From: Felis catus
Lineage: Eukaryota
Reading direction: 5' to 3'
DNA length: 64,000 nucleotides
Assembly (NCBI RefSeq): GCF_018350175.1
Contig: NC_058368.1
Span: 57,848,001 to 57,912,000, forward strand
In this document: positions 1-13,739 of the stretch, piece after piece
Numbering within the stretch: the stretch's first letter is position 1
Layout: every line of letters begins with the position of its first letter
Position numbers and translations under genes: made by a program
Notes under the pieces: generated by a model
Told to the model about the DNA's origin: nothing
Database searches by the model: none
The model's input: only the letters and a program-made list of their open reading frames with translations

Positions 1-197
1 TTACCCATCTAACAGGAAATACAGTAACTTGTTATTTTGGAAACTAATTTTATAAATTCATCTAGTTCTTTAATGTAACATTCATTAACTTCAAACTATA
101 ACCAAGGTTTGTGTTTGATGCCAAGGAACTAAATAGGACACAGTCTTCTCAAGAATTTCAGTTTTTTTGTGGAGCCAGACAAGAACCAGAAAACTAC

Positions 198-692
198 TGT
201 AGGAGTCCAGAATATATCACCCCAAAACAAACCACTTGGGCATACTGGCTATTTTGAATTAAAAGTACTTGAGAAACAGCTGGCACAAGAACACCTTGAC
301 CCTGCCTTTTCCCCCTGAAAGCAGAAGATAACTTTCCCATGTAAAAGTTACCCTCCTTTTTCCAGGAGGATAAAAAGCATCTTTATCATCAAATATAGAG
401 AATCTAGGGTTGAGAAGCCTTTATAAACAAAACTTGTTACTTTTTTACCAATTTAGCACACCAAGCCCAAACCCCATTGTCTTTCCAGTTCTTCACAAAT
501 CTATTGTTCCTTTGCCTAAAATGTATAAAATGTTTCCTGCTTTGGTCACTTAACTTTAAGTCTCATATTTTTATGGGGCTCCCATACATACAAAATTAAA
601 TTTTTGTCCTGTCAATCTGACTCTGTCAATTTAATTGTTAGACCAGGCAAAGAACCTAAAAAGGATGAAAGAAAAATTTTGCCTCTCCAACA
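198..692 (+). mobile_element. ERV1 solo LTR, MER34/MER39-like
   Basis: Starts TGTAGGAGTCCAGAATATATCACCCCAAAA and ends GAAAAATTTTGCCTCTCCAACA (TG...CA). Both ends resemble MER34-family termini. ATTAAA near 595. Confidence 0.8.
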
Positions 693-1574
693 CTTTAATA
701 GAGAAAAATGCATAGTAGGGGTATAAACAGAATGCTGTAGGAACAAATAATAGGAGACCCCATTGCCTCGTACAATCAAGACAATATTCATAAATAGGAA
801 AAACCTGAGTTAGATTCTTGAAGGAACAGAATATGCTACTTAAAAAATACACAAAGCAGGGAATGCATGTGCAAGTGGAAAGACAACATGTGCAAAATTA
901 TACTGCTGTGCAAACACAATATACATGGCAGTTAGCACGTCTGAGTACTTGAGCAAGAGGTAGTAGGAAATGAAGCTTGCAGAAAGCTTGCGAGGGAAGC
1001 AGATTATATTTTGTCTTATTTACCATGCTAAGTGACTGTCATACTTGAAGAACAAAACTCATTATTTCTCTTTCCTTCCAGGCAGAAACCCTATTTTTCT
1101 GGAATTTGATCCAGGAAGATTCTTGTTATAGTTCTCTCTGCCTCGATACAACCATCAAATGAGAATAAAAAATTCCTTTAGTAGGGTTTTTACCAAAGTG
1201 TCTGTCATAGCGAAGAATAGCAATTGCTATTGCTATTGGCATTCCTACTTAGGGCTTTCTCTGTGGAGGTAAAGATATTCAAATACCTGTTTTGCTCTGG
1301 GCTGTGGAGTCAAGTGTCTTCAGAAGGAATTTACTCTTTCACTTGCTGTCTTGCCACTCTCTAATTCCACTCCTCTATGCTGTTAGATTAAATAGAGGTA
1401 CCACAACTACTCCCATTTCATTTTCTATTTTTTTTGCCAAGTTTATTCATATACATTGTCAGAATAAACCAAGTTGCATGACTAATGAAAGGACACATTT
1501 GACCAAGTTTCACCAAGATTTGTTAAAAAATGTGCAGGGGTCATGGAAGGAGCAGAAGAAATTAGTTAGAAAAC

Positions 1575-1730
1575 GGAGGCTGAAATTTTAGCTTAGGCAC
1601 TTATCAGCTGTATGATACTCGGCAAAACTCCCTGAAGTTTCTGAGCCAGATCATCTTCATTTGAAAATGACGAATAGTAATACCTGCCATGTAAGATTGC
1701 TCTCAAGAACTCAATCTGATTATGTAGTTG
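1575..1730 (+). mobile_element. MIR SINE relic
   Basis: Core-like CACTTATCAGCTGTATGATACTCGGCAAA...TCTGAGCCAGATCATCTTCATTTGAAAATG...AATACCTGCC. Confidence 0.6.
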
Positions 1731-3294
1731 GAAATTAGGTTATACATAAATGTAGACAGTGGAAAAGGAGCTATTTCTTTATCCCATTCTTAGTGCTAAC
1801 AGTTTGGGAAGAGATTTTGTTTAAACAAATTTACTTAAAGGGAATACAAATTGTAATTAAATATTTTGCCTCAGTGACTAAGAATTTGGCATGGGGTCAG
1901 AAAACTGTCCATGTGGCTGCAGAGTAGGATACTAGTTGTGGGACCTTGCATGAGTTTCTTCAACCACCAAAATCACAATATCATAATTTAAAAAAAAAAA
2001 AGTGGGTAACAGGAGGATTTACTTAATAGAGTCTCTGAATTAAATAATAGCTAGTATAAGCACATAACTAGTATCCGTTAGTGTCTGATATATAGCAATG
2101 TTAGCTAACAATAAGAAAGCAAATGGGAAAGTAATTTTGGAGTATTTGTTCATTAAAAGAGGATTACTTGTGAAATGAGAAAAGAAGTTTAATATGTGAC
2201 AGTACGCAGTCAAGGATGCAGAATGTTGGTGAAAGACCACTGAGACACAATATAAGGTTCTTGAGAGCTGAGTTTGTTCATATTCTCCTTTTTATTTTTA
2301 ATATTTTAATACCTGGTCACTCAGTAAGGCACATAGTAGGCTACATGTTTTTTTCTTAGTTAATTCATTTTCTGTGGAGATGGAAACAAACTGGGTTGAC
2401 CCAGGATCAGTCCCTCGACAGAGCAGACATTTCCACTGTGACAATCTTGCTTGCATCCCCCCAAACTAATCTTCTCCTACAATGAATTATGTTCAAGGTG
2501 AAAAAGACTGAAGCATAAGGTTTAAAAAAATGAAACAAAGAAAAACGAAAGAAAAAGGAAAACAATGGGAAGCTTATTTTGTGATACATGCTTCCATAGC
2601 TGCACACATATGCTTAAGGATGTGATACAGGGACCTGAATTATATACGCAAAAAATCCCTTATAATTAATACACTAGGTGCTATCATAGAGTCAGATTCA
2701 TAATTGTCTCTCCTTTCTTCTTTGAGGAAAAGTGTTTGACACACAGTAAAAGCAAGGATGACTTGTAGCACTAACCTTGAGCATGTATAAATAAGTTGCA
2801 AGGATAATTCACTGATAACTAAATTCTAATATGAATTAAATGAACTATTTGCTTTAATTGCATAAGGGTCAGTTTTACTGACTATACAGATCAAGTTCAA
2901 CCCAAGATTTATGAATAATGAACAAGCCCACAGAGGGTCATTTACAAATTCTTTGCAAGATTATAATTCTAAAATGAAAGATACTGTATCAAATTTATGC
3001 CTTAAGATAGCTAAACTTGTTTTTGAAAAATACACTTTTAGAAATGGGAAAAAAAACATTTTAAAGGAAAGGTGTATTAATATAATTATTCTGATAATTT
3101 TATGTATGAAATATGTTTTAAAAACTTTACCAATGATATTACCTGAAATGGCATGGAACTTAATCTTATTTCTAATTATTACATACAACATATATGAAAT
3201 AAAACTGTTGAATAAAACACAAAATTATTTTTAGAAGATTAAATGTAAGTTTAGTTCAGTTTAGTAACTACAGTTATTTACCACCTGCCTAATA

Positions 3295-3751
3295 GAGTAG
3301 CACCCCCTTCGCTGCAGGAGGTATGTTGCAAAACCTTCAATGAATGCCTGTGACCACACATAGTAAAGAACCCTGTATTTTCCTATACATACATGCCGAT
3401 GATAAAAGTCAACTTATAAATTAGGCACAGTAAAAGATTAACACCAATAAATTAATTACAAATAAAACAATTGTAATAGTACACCGTGCTAAAAGTTACA
3501 TGACTATTATATCTTTCAAAATATCTTACTGCACTGTACTCACCCTTCTCCTTGTGACGCTGTAAGATGATAAAATGCCTACGTGATGAGGTAACTTGAG
3601 GCAGAATGACGTAGGCATTGTGATGTAGAGTCAGGCTACTAATTGACCATCTGATGATTCGTCAGAAGGACGGTAAGATGCTTGCAGTCTGAGATTGATG
3701 GCAGGTAACGAAACTGCCGGAAGCAAAACTGCGGATAAGTGCGGACTACTA
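3295..3751 (+). mobile_element. MER44-family (Tigger7-derived) non-autonomous TcMar DNA transposon
   Basis: TA flanks at 3293-3294 and 3752-3753. Degenerate TIRs GAGTAGCACCCCCTTCGCTGCAG / CTGCGGATAAGTGCGGACTACTA. Internal AAATTAGGCACAGTAAAAGATTAAC and AATGCCTACGTGATGAG...GACGTAGGCATT. Confidence 0.85.
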
Positions 3752-3848
3752 TACTTTGGTAGTCTTTGTTGTAAGAAAATAGGGAAATGCGTAGTCCTTA
3801 CCAGGAATAGAGTTGTCATGTTCTCAGGACAGGTGCTGTATCCTTCTG

Positions 3849-3909
<61 letters not shown>
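3849..3909. repeat. A32 run followed by (TA)n microsatellite
   Basis: Directly visible. Confidence 0.95.
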
Positions 3910-3912
<3 letters not shown>

Positions 3913-5399
3913 TATGATTATTTGGTTATCCTTCTGTTCTAAGCAAAACTGAGAAGAACGTCTTTAGCAATTAAAATAATACTTAAAGTGAATATATCAA
4001 CTTATATTAATTATTATAAGAAAGTGAGTAATGCTATCAAATTAAATTTGTCTTTGAATAGGAAATTCTATTTGAGGATAGAAACAAATACAGAGGTTTA
4101 TGTAGAAACATGTAGTTATTTATTTATTAAATAAATAAAACAAAACAGGTGGATTTATCTAGTAAGTGTCTAGAAAGGTAATTTAATATATTAGGTGAGA
4201 AAAAGTTGTCAGAAAAATAGAAATTTATTTAGAAAGATAAATCATCCCAGTGTAAATCTAAAATCCTAAGGATGTGAAACTTATTCCTTTGAAAAGGTAA
4301 ACATGTAGTTGAATGCATTTGGTATTGAATTTGTACTCAAAGTATAACCTGTTGAAACAAGTTGTAACATAAAACTACTATGACACTGAACTGTTCAAAA
4401 TAGTCTTTCTGTAAATTGGAAAATTGAAGTATTTTCTTTGAAATATAATATGTTGGTATATAGAAAACTAAAACAAAACAGTGGGAATGGGAAGTGAAAT
4501 TAGAAAACAGTAGGGCTCTGGAACCAGTTTATGAAGCTGAAAACCAGCAGTTATGATTTCACCTTTCGGTGAAGTTTCAGTGAAAGCTATCTCCTAGGAC
4601 ATCCTAGCATAAAAGTGTTTTAATGATCATGGACTAGAATTGAAGTTTACTGTAGTGCTTTCAACTAAAAGATGTCTTTGAAATTTTAAATTCAAGAACT
4701 TTACAGAATTTTACACCAAAGTTCTCCAAAGTCACCTGCTTGTAGCAAGGAGATGCAAAACAATATGTATTAGGATGCAACAAGAAACTATTCAAATATG
4801 CAACATTACCAAAAACAAAAACATTCTCTTCTCCAAAATTTAATCTATAGATCTACTCTGTCTCACTAACTGCAACTTCCATAAATTATATCCTGAGGCA
4901 ACAGTGGGAGTTTTGCCATGTAGAAGGCTTGAAGATAGTGCCACCAGGGTCTGTTCATTTTCATTGTACTATTCTAAGGAAAGAACATTCATAAACCAAA
5001 GTTTTGGAAATGTTGGTATAATTATATGATTTTGTTGCAGGAATGTCTGCCTGTACAAAGTCTCCTATTACTTGCACAGGAAATTTAGTAATATTCTTTT
5101 TCTTGTTTTAAATTTTAGAAATAAAAGTTTCAGTTGGTTTTAGATCCATATCGTAATTTTTAAAAAATTATCCTTTCTAATTCGTTTTCAGAAGAAAAAC
5201 ATTAATGGAATATGACAATTCAATGTTCTTTCCACAGTTAATAAAAACTCATGCAGGTTGTCTATTTCTCTGATTTCAATCTGTTGTGTTTTTGTTTGTA
5301 CATTTGTTTTTGGTCATTAGTTACTACCATTTTGAGCTATGATAGTCAAACTAGAAACAGTGGTATATTTAGACAAATGTAGTATTTGTCTAAATTTAG

Positions 5400-5833
5400 T
5401 AGTCCATATTCCCTTCTCATTTTGTTATTCTACTACTATAGATTAAGCCAAATTATTTTCCCAAGCTAACCTGTTTCTTAGGGCTGACTTGTGACAGAGT
5501 TCTAACCATAGAAATACAGGCACTAGGTGTGCTGGAAAAAAATTTTAAGGACATGCCTCTTCAATCTTTACCTCTGTGCCTCTCACCCTGATTCTACCTC
5601 TTGCCCTAGATAACAGGTGAATATGAAAGATGCAGCATTGTATGAACATAAAAATGTTGAACGTGTTGAAAAAAACAGAATTGGAAGATAGGACAGTGGT
5701 CCTTGAAAACATACTTGAAAAGATGAAACAGGATGGACTTCTTACCTTTTTATTATTTAAAAAAAGAAAGAATAAAATTATTTGTTCAAGTACTGTTTTT
5801 TACTATAAAAACTAAGATATTTCTAAAAGATAC
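5400..5833 (+). mobile_element. Old ERVL LTR relic (LTR16/LTR33-like)
   Basis: TTTTCCCAAGC...TTGTGACAGAGTTCTAACCATAGAAAT and a 3' AATAAAATTATTTGTTCAAG resemble this family. Highly diverged; boundaries approximate. Confidence 0.45.
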
Positions 5834-6021
5834 TGTAAGTTTTGATATAAATGAAACTAAAACCAAAATTTTAAATTGTTCAGTTATCCTTAAAATATTT
5901 ACAAGTTATTATATAAACATTGTTTATTTCATATTTACAAAATTATTTTCATTTATATATTTTAAAGATACTAGATATATTGTTGTAGTAGGAAATGGGG
6001 ATTGCATATTTAAAATATACA

Positions 6022-6146
6022 GGGGTGCCTGAGTGGCTCAGTTGGTTAAGTATCCAGCTCTTGATTTCAGCTCAGGTCATGATCTCACAGTTCGTGAGAT
6101 TGAGCCCTGTGTCAGGCTCTGCACAGACAGTGGGGAGCCTGGTTGG

Positions 6147-6193
<47 letters not shown>

Positions 6194-6230
6194 ATAAATA
6201 AACATGAAAAAAGTTAAAAAATAAAATAAA
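6022..6230 (+). mobile_element. Can-SINE (tRNA-derived)
   Basis: GGGGTGCCTGAGTGGCTCAG head, (CT)n, A-rich tail. TSD TAAAAT(A/G)TACA. Confidence 0.95.
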
Positions 6231-7379
6231 TAAAATGTACATATATTCAGAAAGGATTACCTCAACTTAAACTTCTGGAGACCACTAATTTGATTATTTC
6301 TGTAAATTTTTTTTTCAGCAAAGTATTGAGAATTAACTGTATGGTTGGCCCAGTGATGTATGCTAGAAAGGTAATTTAGTCTAGCAGTTAAAATATGACT
6401 TTTGTTATTGCTGAAAAGGTGATAGGGCAGTTACAAAATGAGTATTATAAAAATTTTTCAGTCTTTGCTTTTTTTAAGCAAGTAAAATATCATACACACT
6501 AGAGTACTATGAGACATGTGGCTTCCTGGGATATAAAGACGCAAAATTATGCTTACTCTTAAAATCTTCCAAGACTATGGGATTTGTATACAGCTCATTA
6601 TCTTCTACTATAATTACTTCGGTACTCTAATGGTATGTTTTCTCCACTAAAATCTGAATTCTTTAGAACAGTGAGTAACATCATTCATTCACCATATATA
6701 ACTTTGTCTATTATCATGCATAGAAGGCAGTAGGTAATAAAAAATATCTGATGTATAGCTGAATACATTGATCCACTTATTTATGCAACAGATAATTATA
6801 AATACATTTCATAACAGAAGAGATTACAATGCAATTGGAAGAGCAAAGATGAGAGAGTCCTAGCTTTTGAGAGCATACAGTATAGTTAGGAGAGCAGAAA
6901 TCAATGCACAATGTATTGAATTAGAAGTAAAAATGAAGGAACTCACATATCTTTTTGAAAGAGTCAGTAAAGATTGCATTTGAACTGAATTTGATGGAAC
7001 AATGGGAATTTGCTGTGTGATCCAGATAAAAGGAATCCATGCCAGAAAGGGAGAACAGATGTTAAAATTCAGAGGGCCTGGCCCCTTGTAGGTACTTAAT
7101 AAAGATTTGTTGCACTGTGTTGAGTGTATGATTCTTACCACGATAGATCTGTTGGGCTCAGGGGAAGCTTTTGGACCAGGAAGCAAGACGTGGGTTTTGG
7201 CAAAGTGTAAACCTAAAATAACATTTTTTCTATGTCAAGCTTTATGTTTAGAGACAGGGTGTTTCAAAGTACTTCACGGGAGTTTTGAGATTTTGACTAA
7301 TCTAATTGAATATGCTCTTGATGCTTGAATATAAAGATAACCAAAATTGAGTCCAATGCCAAGACATGGAGCTCTGTGA

Positions 7380-8880
7380 CACAAATGTAGCTTTTTTGTC
7401 ATAGTCACACAGGTCCCTAAAGCTCTGTTCATTTTTTTTCCCGGTCTATTTTGCTTTGTCATTCAGATTGGGTCATTTCTATTATTCCATTTTTAAGTTC
7501 ACTATTTCCTCAGTCTCCTCCATTCTGCTTCTTAGCTGTCAATCTCCTTCATATAATTGTTTCTGTTTATTTGTTTGTTTTGGCTATTATGTATTTTTCA
7601 GTTTCAAAATTTCCATGTGTTTCATCCCTATGTCTTCTTTTTCTTTGAGTGTTTTTACTTTTGTATTTATTTCAGTTGTGTTCGTAATTGGTCATTGAAG
7701 CATTTTTAACATGGCTACATGTGTCCCTAACATCTCTGCTATCTCAGTAATGACATCTATTGATTATCTTTTTTTTTTAATGTTTATTTATTTTGAGAGA
7801 GAGGGCAAGTGGAGAAGGGGCAGAGAGGGAGGGGGAGAGAGAATCCCAAGCAGGCTCTGTACTATCAGTGCAGAGCAGGACACAGGGCTCAAGATCATGA
7901 CCTGTGCCAAAATCAAGAGTCAGACACTTAACTGACTGAGCCATCCAGGAGCCCCTGATTTTCTTTTTAAAAATTTATTTATTATAACATCTTCCTTGTT
8001 CTTGTATGAAAAAGAATTGTTTGAAACCTGGATATTTTTATATTGTCTCTGGACTCATGGGTGTTAGGCCCACAGGTTCTCTTTTAACTGGCTTTCTCTG
8101 ACACCACTCTAGTGAGACAGGGGATGGGATACTGTCCCATTACTGACCGGTGGAGGTAGAAGCCCACTTATCCTCTGTTGATACCTGAGATGGGTGTTGG
8201 TTCCTCCTTAATGCTGGTGTGGGTGGACATCTAGTTTCCCATGTGGTTTCCAATATATTCGATTGGGGATGGCTTTCAAGCACAAGAGATGGTAAAAGTA
8301 CTGATTCCCCAGTGTGGCCCCTTCTGACACCATCACACTGTGGAGGGAGCAAGGGTGTATCATTACTGCTAGTGAAACATAACAGTCCAGTCTCCCCATG
8401 TTGTCTCTTCTAACACAACAGGGTGTCAGAAATGATAACCTCTCTGACACTGCTCTGGTGGGATTTTGGAGGCCTTATTACAGCCTAGCATGTCTAGGGA
8501 CCCCACTCAATATTTGCAGGTGTAGATGAGTGAGAAGCCACAGGTTTCTATTTGTTTTGTTGTTGTTCTGGTTTTGGATGCCCCAGAGCAGTTATTTTCT
8601 TAAAGTTTTCTGTCATGCAAAGATGCTGTTTTCCCTTGTCTTTTGTCTAGAGGACAGGCTTTTGTTGGGGCTTTTACTGTGCATACCCATTGGCATTTCT
8701 AGGTTGTCAGTTTCTCCAGTTTTAAGTCTGGAATGTATGAAGCAGAAAGAAATAAGAAAATAGAGGTGCAGCACAAACCACATTTTGCATTAAGGAAAAA
8801 AGCAATGTCACTTACCTAGGGCTTTTAGTTGCATTTAGTGTAAGAAATGGGGAAAAATACATCTACCCCATCTTCTCTGA
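7380..8880 (-). mobile_element. Ancient L1 (L1MC/MD-type) 5' region, interrupted by a SINE
   Basis: T-rich ORF1-like antisense sequence, with the 5'-terminus-like TTTAGTTGCATTTAG...ATCTACCCCATCTTC at about 8825-8876. Confidence 0.6.
7771..7955 (-). mobile_element. Can-SINE
   Basis: Antisense head ...CCATCCAGGAGCCCC. TSD TGATT(A/T)TCTT. Confidence 0.93.
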
Positions 8881-11087
8881 CACATAAAATATATGTAAGT
8901 TTTAAGGAGAGGTCTCTTTTCCCTTAATAGTGCTCATAAATTTTATCAAACACATTGCCTATATTTAATAAATCAAACAACTTTCTGGCTTTATTAACTA
9001 CTTCTAGAAAATGTACGAGATAATAAAATAAATCACATGTAGGTATGCAGTGGTTGATTTTAGTCTTTGTATCAGAATGTTGTGTAATTTCACCTTGATG
9101 CCAATATTTTTAAAAATTTTGCTTTCATTTGTGTATTTATTTATTTAAATTAGTAACTGAAATATTTTACAATTATTTAGAATAATATTTTTGTAGAAAT
9201 GATAGAAATGACTAGATTGTGCACTATTTATTGTATGTGTTTTTCTCCAGTTATTCACAGTTGATTCATAACCACATTAGGAAGACTGAAGATCAGGAAA
9301 TTTATTTCCTAAATAAAATAACTATACAATATAGTTAAATACATAATGTTATTGGTGAGATTTTTAATATAATTTACTACCATTAAATGTTGTCTTCAAG
9401 GAAGTATAGTTACAGAAGGTCACCATTAAAAATTAATACAACTGAAAAATTCTTCCTCAAAAAATGAGAAGGGAATATAACTAATTCTTACTTTCCTATT
9501 CTTTTGCTTTTTCATAGATATGGGTCAGGTCAAATCTTGAATCTAACAGGACAACTATAGTGACACTCCAACAGCCTACTTCTATTCTGGATCTTTATAG
9601 TTAAACAGGAATATTAATTGGAAACTTCCTTTCAGAGAAAGGCATGACTTAAAATTATGGTTTTGCTTATTTAACTCGTAGTATATCCAAAGATTTATAG
9701 CTCATCTTTTTAGCAGAAATCAGAGAAATAACACATACACAACTTGTCACATTGAGGGAAAAAAAGTCATCTATTCCCTGAGGAAATGAAGATGTTTTCA
9801 TTCTTTTAATTCCTATATAATTAAGTATCTACTCATCTAAGTTAATTGATAGCCATATAAAAATAGTTTTTCATCACAGACACCAGAACAGCAAGCACAT
9901 TAGCTTGAAAGGTCTTTGTATCTATCACCTACTTTTTTGACAGGGCTTCAGAAGTATTGCAATAGAGGATGGGAATTGCCCTCCAGGGTTGTCTTTACAG
10001 TTGTCAGACCTGGAAATAATATGTCAGGTGTTAGAGTACTCTCAGACATTGTGATTAATTGAAGGTTGGCTTACTGACAAAAGACTTCACAGAGTCATGT
10101 GTTGGAAGTTCATGAAATAGCATAGCTTCACCTGTCTTTTGTACAACCTGCTAGCACATTGCAAACATTCCGCAAGAGACAGATTGAAATGAAAAAGAAA
10201 AACTCAGCCTTCAGCAAAAACCGTATTTTATCATTTTTTGACCATATATATAATTTTGTGGTTATATGGTATACAAATATACACAGATGCACATTATCAA
10301 CTCTATTAATTTTTACTTTCCCATGATTATCAGAATTCTAAAAACAATCAAGCTTTCTCGTAGCTCCAAAGAATTTCATGATGTCCAAGATATAATTAAT
10401 TAAGCCAATAAATCTTAACAGATATAAGCTGGGTTGAAGTATGTAGGAAAAGCTTTTGAAACAGCTGCCTCCCAACACTGTTATTAAATAAATAAAATAT
10501 AATTATGTCTGAGTATTAGATGAGCAAAAGCGAGAACGATTTCTTTTAAAAATGTTTACGATAGCCTCTGAAACAGCATCATGCTGATAATAAAAATGAC
10601 AAATAACAAGATAGAAGGGAGCAAAAAGCAAATTTCATTTGTGAGAATGAAGGAAGTCTTGTGGATCAACTACAGAAATGAAGCTTCTAAAAGTAAGACA
10701 GCAATTCCACTCCGCTTGCCTCTCTCTTTGTCCAAATGCCCAGTCGGCCATTGGATTGTATGAAGTTAAAGTAAAGCTTGTTTCTCATGAAGTATTTTCC
10801 TCTGACAGAATGTTTTTAATGTGTATTTATTAGTATTAAATATTGTTTTAAAGTACTTGAATGAGAATTACATTGCTCAAATACCTTTGGTTAGTTGTAG
10901 ACATTCAATCCCCATCCCAACATCATGTTTTTCGAATTAATGTAGGATTGAAAGTACAATAACATATCATTTATGTTGATTAAGGTCATCACTGACCTTT
11001 TGTATACTCTTCTCGACCTTGGCGATCGGAGTTCCCTGCTCAATATTGACTTCTCTGCATCACATACCCCATGCTTAATCTTATGGC

Positions 11088-11088
<1 letters not shown>

Positions 11089-11127
<39 letters not shown>
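11089..11127. repeat. (GT)n microsatellite
   Basis: Directly visible. Confidence 0.95.
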
Positions 11128-11129
<2 letters not shown>

Positions 11130-13739
11130 CTTAGATATAATTACATGGCATCTCAGCACATATTTTTGTTATGGGAGATCTTTCTGGGGCTTAACTTCTC
11201 AAACTCCCCTTCCTCCTGGCATGATCTTGCCCCTCAAATATTCCTCATCATGTGTAATCATTGAGGTCGATTCATTAGCTCCCTTTTCAGGTGTAAATGC
11301 TACCCATTAAAAACATTCTTTACATTTAAATGCATACACTAATATTTTAAGTATTAAATATGCTAGTTATTTCACTAAACATTTGTAAAAGAAAATTTCT
11401 AATTTAAAGCTGAGAACCTGGCACCAATGAAAAGAAGGATGTGATACAGCTATAGACTGGTGGTGAAAAGGAATTTCAAAGAAATGCTTTAATACTTAAT
11501 ATTTCATACTAAAGTAAATATTTACACTCTCTAGTAGAATATTCCCCTCTTTCCATTAAATAATTTGTCCACTCTGGCCATTCATGAAAATGAACTCATC
11601 AGTTAAGTTTATTTCCTTTTTTACGAAATAAGTCACACTTTTCATTTTTTTTTGGTTCCCCAAACACTACATACATACATACACTACATACAAGTCCATA
11701 ATACTTTTCATTTAGGATTGGCATTTTAGTATTTCTTTTAAAAATGAAGAGAAAAATTTAATATAGTGTATATTAACTATGCTCCATGACATCTTAAGTA
11801 CATTATTCCAAATACACTTCACAACAATCTATTGAAGTGGTTATTATTGTTTTACAGATACATTTGAAATGTGGGAAGTAAAATATTTTTTCACAAGGTG
11901 ACATAGCTTTTAGTGTCACACTTTAAATATTAATTCCCATTCTTTGCACTGAGTAATTCTTTGCGGTTAATTGTAACGATCTATGAAGAATAATATAAGA
12001 GGAATCTTATAGACTAATTATTTTCAAATTGGTTGTCTACTTATTTCTCTCTCTGTGACGATGCTCTTAGTTACAGGCAAAATATTTCATAACCTAAAGG
12101 CTATAGATAATACCAAAGTTATATATGGAACTGCATCTGAAGCAGAATATGCATTTCTAGGTCTGTGACACTACATCGTATGCTCAAGGTGACTAAATGG
12201 AAATGTAACTGCAGAGGGCCTGTTTGAGGCATGCAAGTACAGCATATTGTCTAGCTTTCTTTTCTCTGCTTATCTCCTGTGGGCCCTCAAGAAACAAAGT
12301 TTGGGGTTGAAGGATTAGCCTCAGCAGATCCACTTATTTGATTAGTGTCCTGCCTGCTCTGCTTTTACTCGGGTTCATTGATCAAGATGATTGCATTCTC
12401 TGTCCTTTGCTGTGCAAGTCAGGCAGAGGAAAGGGATCATTTGCTGAGATGTGAGTCCTTAGGGCAGGCCCACGTCTTTGAATGCACAGTCAACTGGCTA
12501 ATTCACTATGGTGTTCAGTAATAAAAATAATAAAATGAGTCAAATTGCCCTTCTGTTAGAAGGAAATTCCACTCTACCCTGATTTCTAGCCAGTAAAGCT
12601 GGACTTTGACATAGCTAGTGAACTGTATTAGATGGTGGAATAGTCTCCCCAAAGAGCAGAGAGATGATCCATAGCTTGGAGAATTTTAAAATGAAATGAA
12701 CACTGCCTGACAAAAAAAGTAAATAAGAAAAACTTGTGCTGTCTGAGGATAGCCAAATGTGAGTTTGTGGCTTGGCTTTTATCATATCTAATTCAACTTC
12801 TGCTGTATTTAAACTCCAAAGGAAAAACAGATTTGTATCTTTTCAGGGTTTGGAGAAAACATATCAACTTCAGTTACAATACAGTAGAAGCATATTAAAA
12901 ATTTTATACATCTCACACTGAAATACATTAGTCAAATGCTTATCAGGTTTAAACGTGTTGTTAACATAAGGACTCAAAACATTGGATAGAAATTGTTGAA
13001 ATATGAGATGTTTGTTTTCCCAATGGAAACTCAAAGCATATTCTGAGTTTGGGGTGAGACATATCAGTGCCAAAGGCACTGAGCAAGCAGGAGATTTTTT
13101 TTGCAGAGATTTTATGTGAATTCATAGTATAACCAAATGAGTAAGTCACTAATTCACTTTGGTTGTTACAAGTGAAAATCTGCATTTAATGAGCCAGCTA
13201 ATAAAATCAGTAAAATTTAAATTAAGAAATACTGTATGCTAACAAGAATAATAATTAGTCCTATTGAAATTTATTAACTATTCCACATTTTTATAGTAAA
13301 ATGTAGCATCCTTAAAATATTTCTGAACCTACAGTATTAATGTAGGTTACTTACAAAGACTGATTTTAAGATTTCCTTAATGTATCTACCTCAATCGTCT
13401 TAGTATAGTAAAAACCATATATAATTAGATCCACAAATGCATAATTCATGAGAATGTAATGAAACTTATGTTTCATTACATAAATGCTTCCCAAGCACAT
13501 TAATGGTATAAATAACATTTCATATGGCATCTAATTTGAAATAAAGCAGTATTTTGAGGTCTTTATTGTATATGAACAAATAAAATTTTAAGTACAAATA
13601 TTCCTTTGTCTCTATTAATTCTAGTAAGATTTCTACTTAGTTACATCTTATTTACCAAATAGGCCAGGATGAAATTAAACGACATTTATTTTTCAAAAAC
13701 CATTGCTTCATGATTCTGTTATTTAAAACCAGTTTCTAT

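Noticed and set aside
1216..1231. 16-bp perfect palindrome AATAGCAATTGCTATT
   Set aside because: A single palindrome of this size is unremarkable in 64 kb of AT-rich DNA
2911..3234. 107-aa ORF
   Set aside because: AT-rich composition, no recognisable domain or gene context
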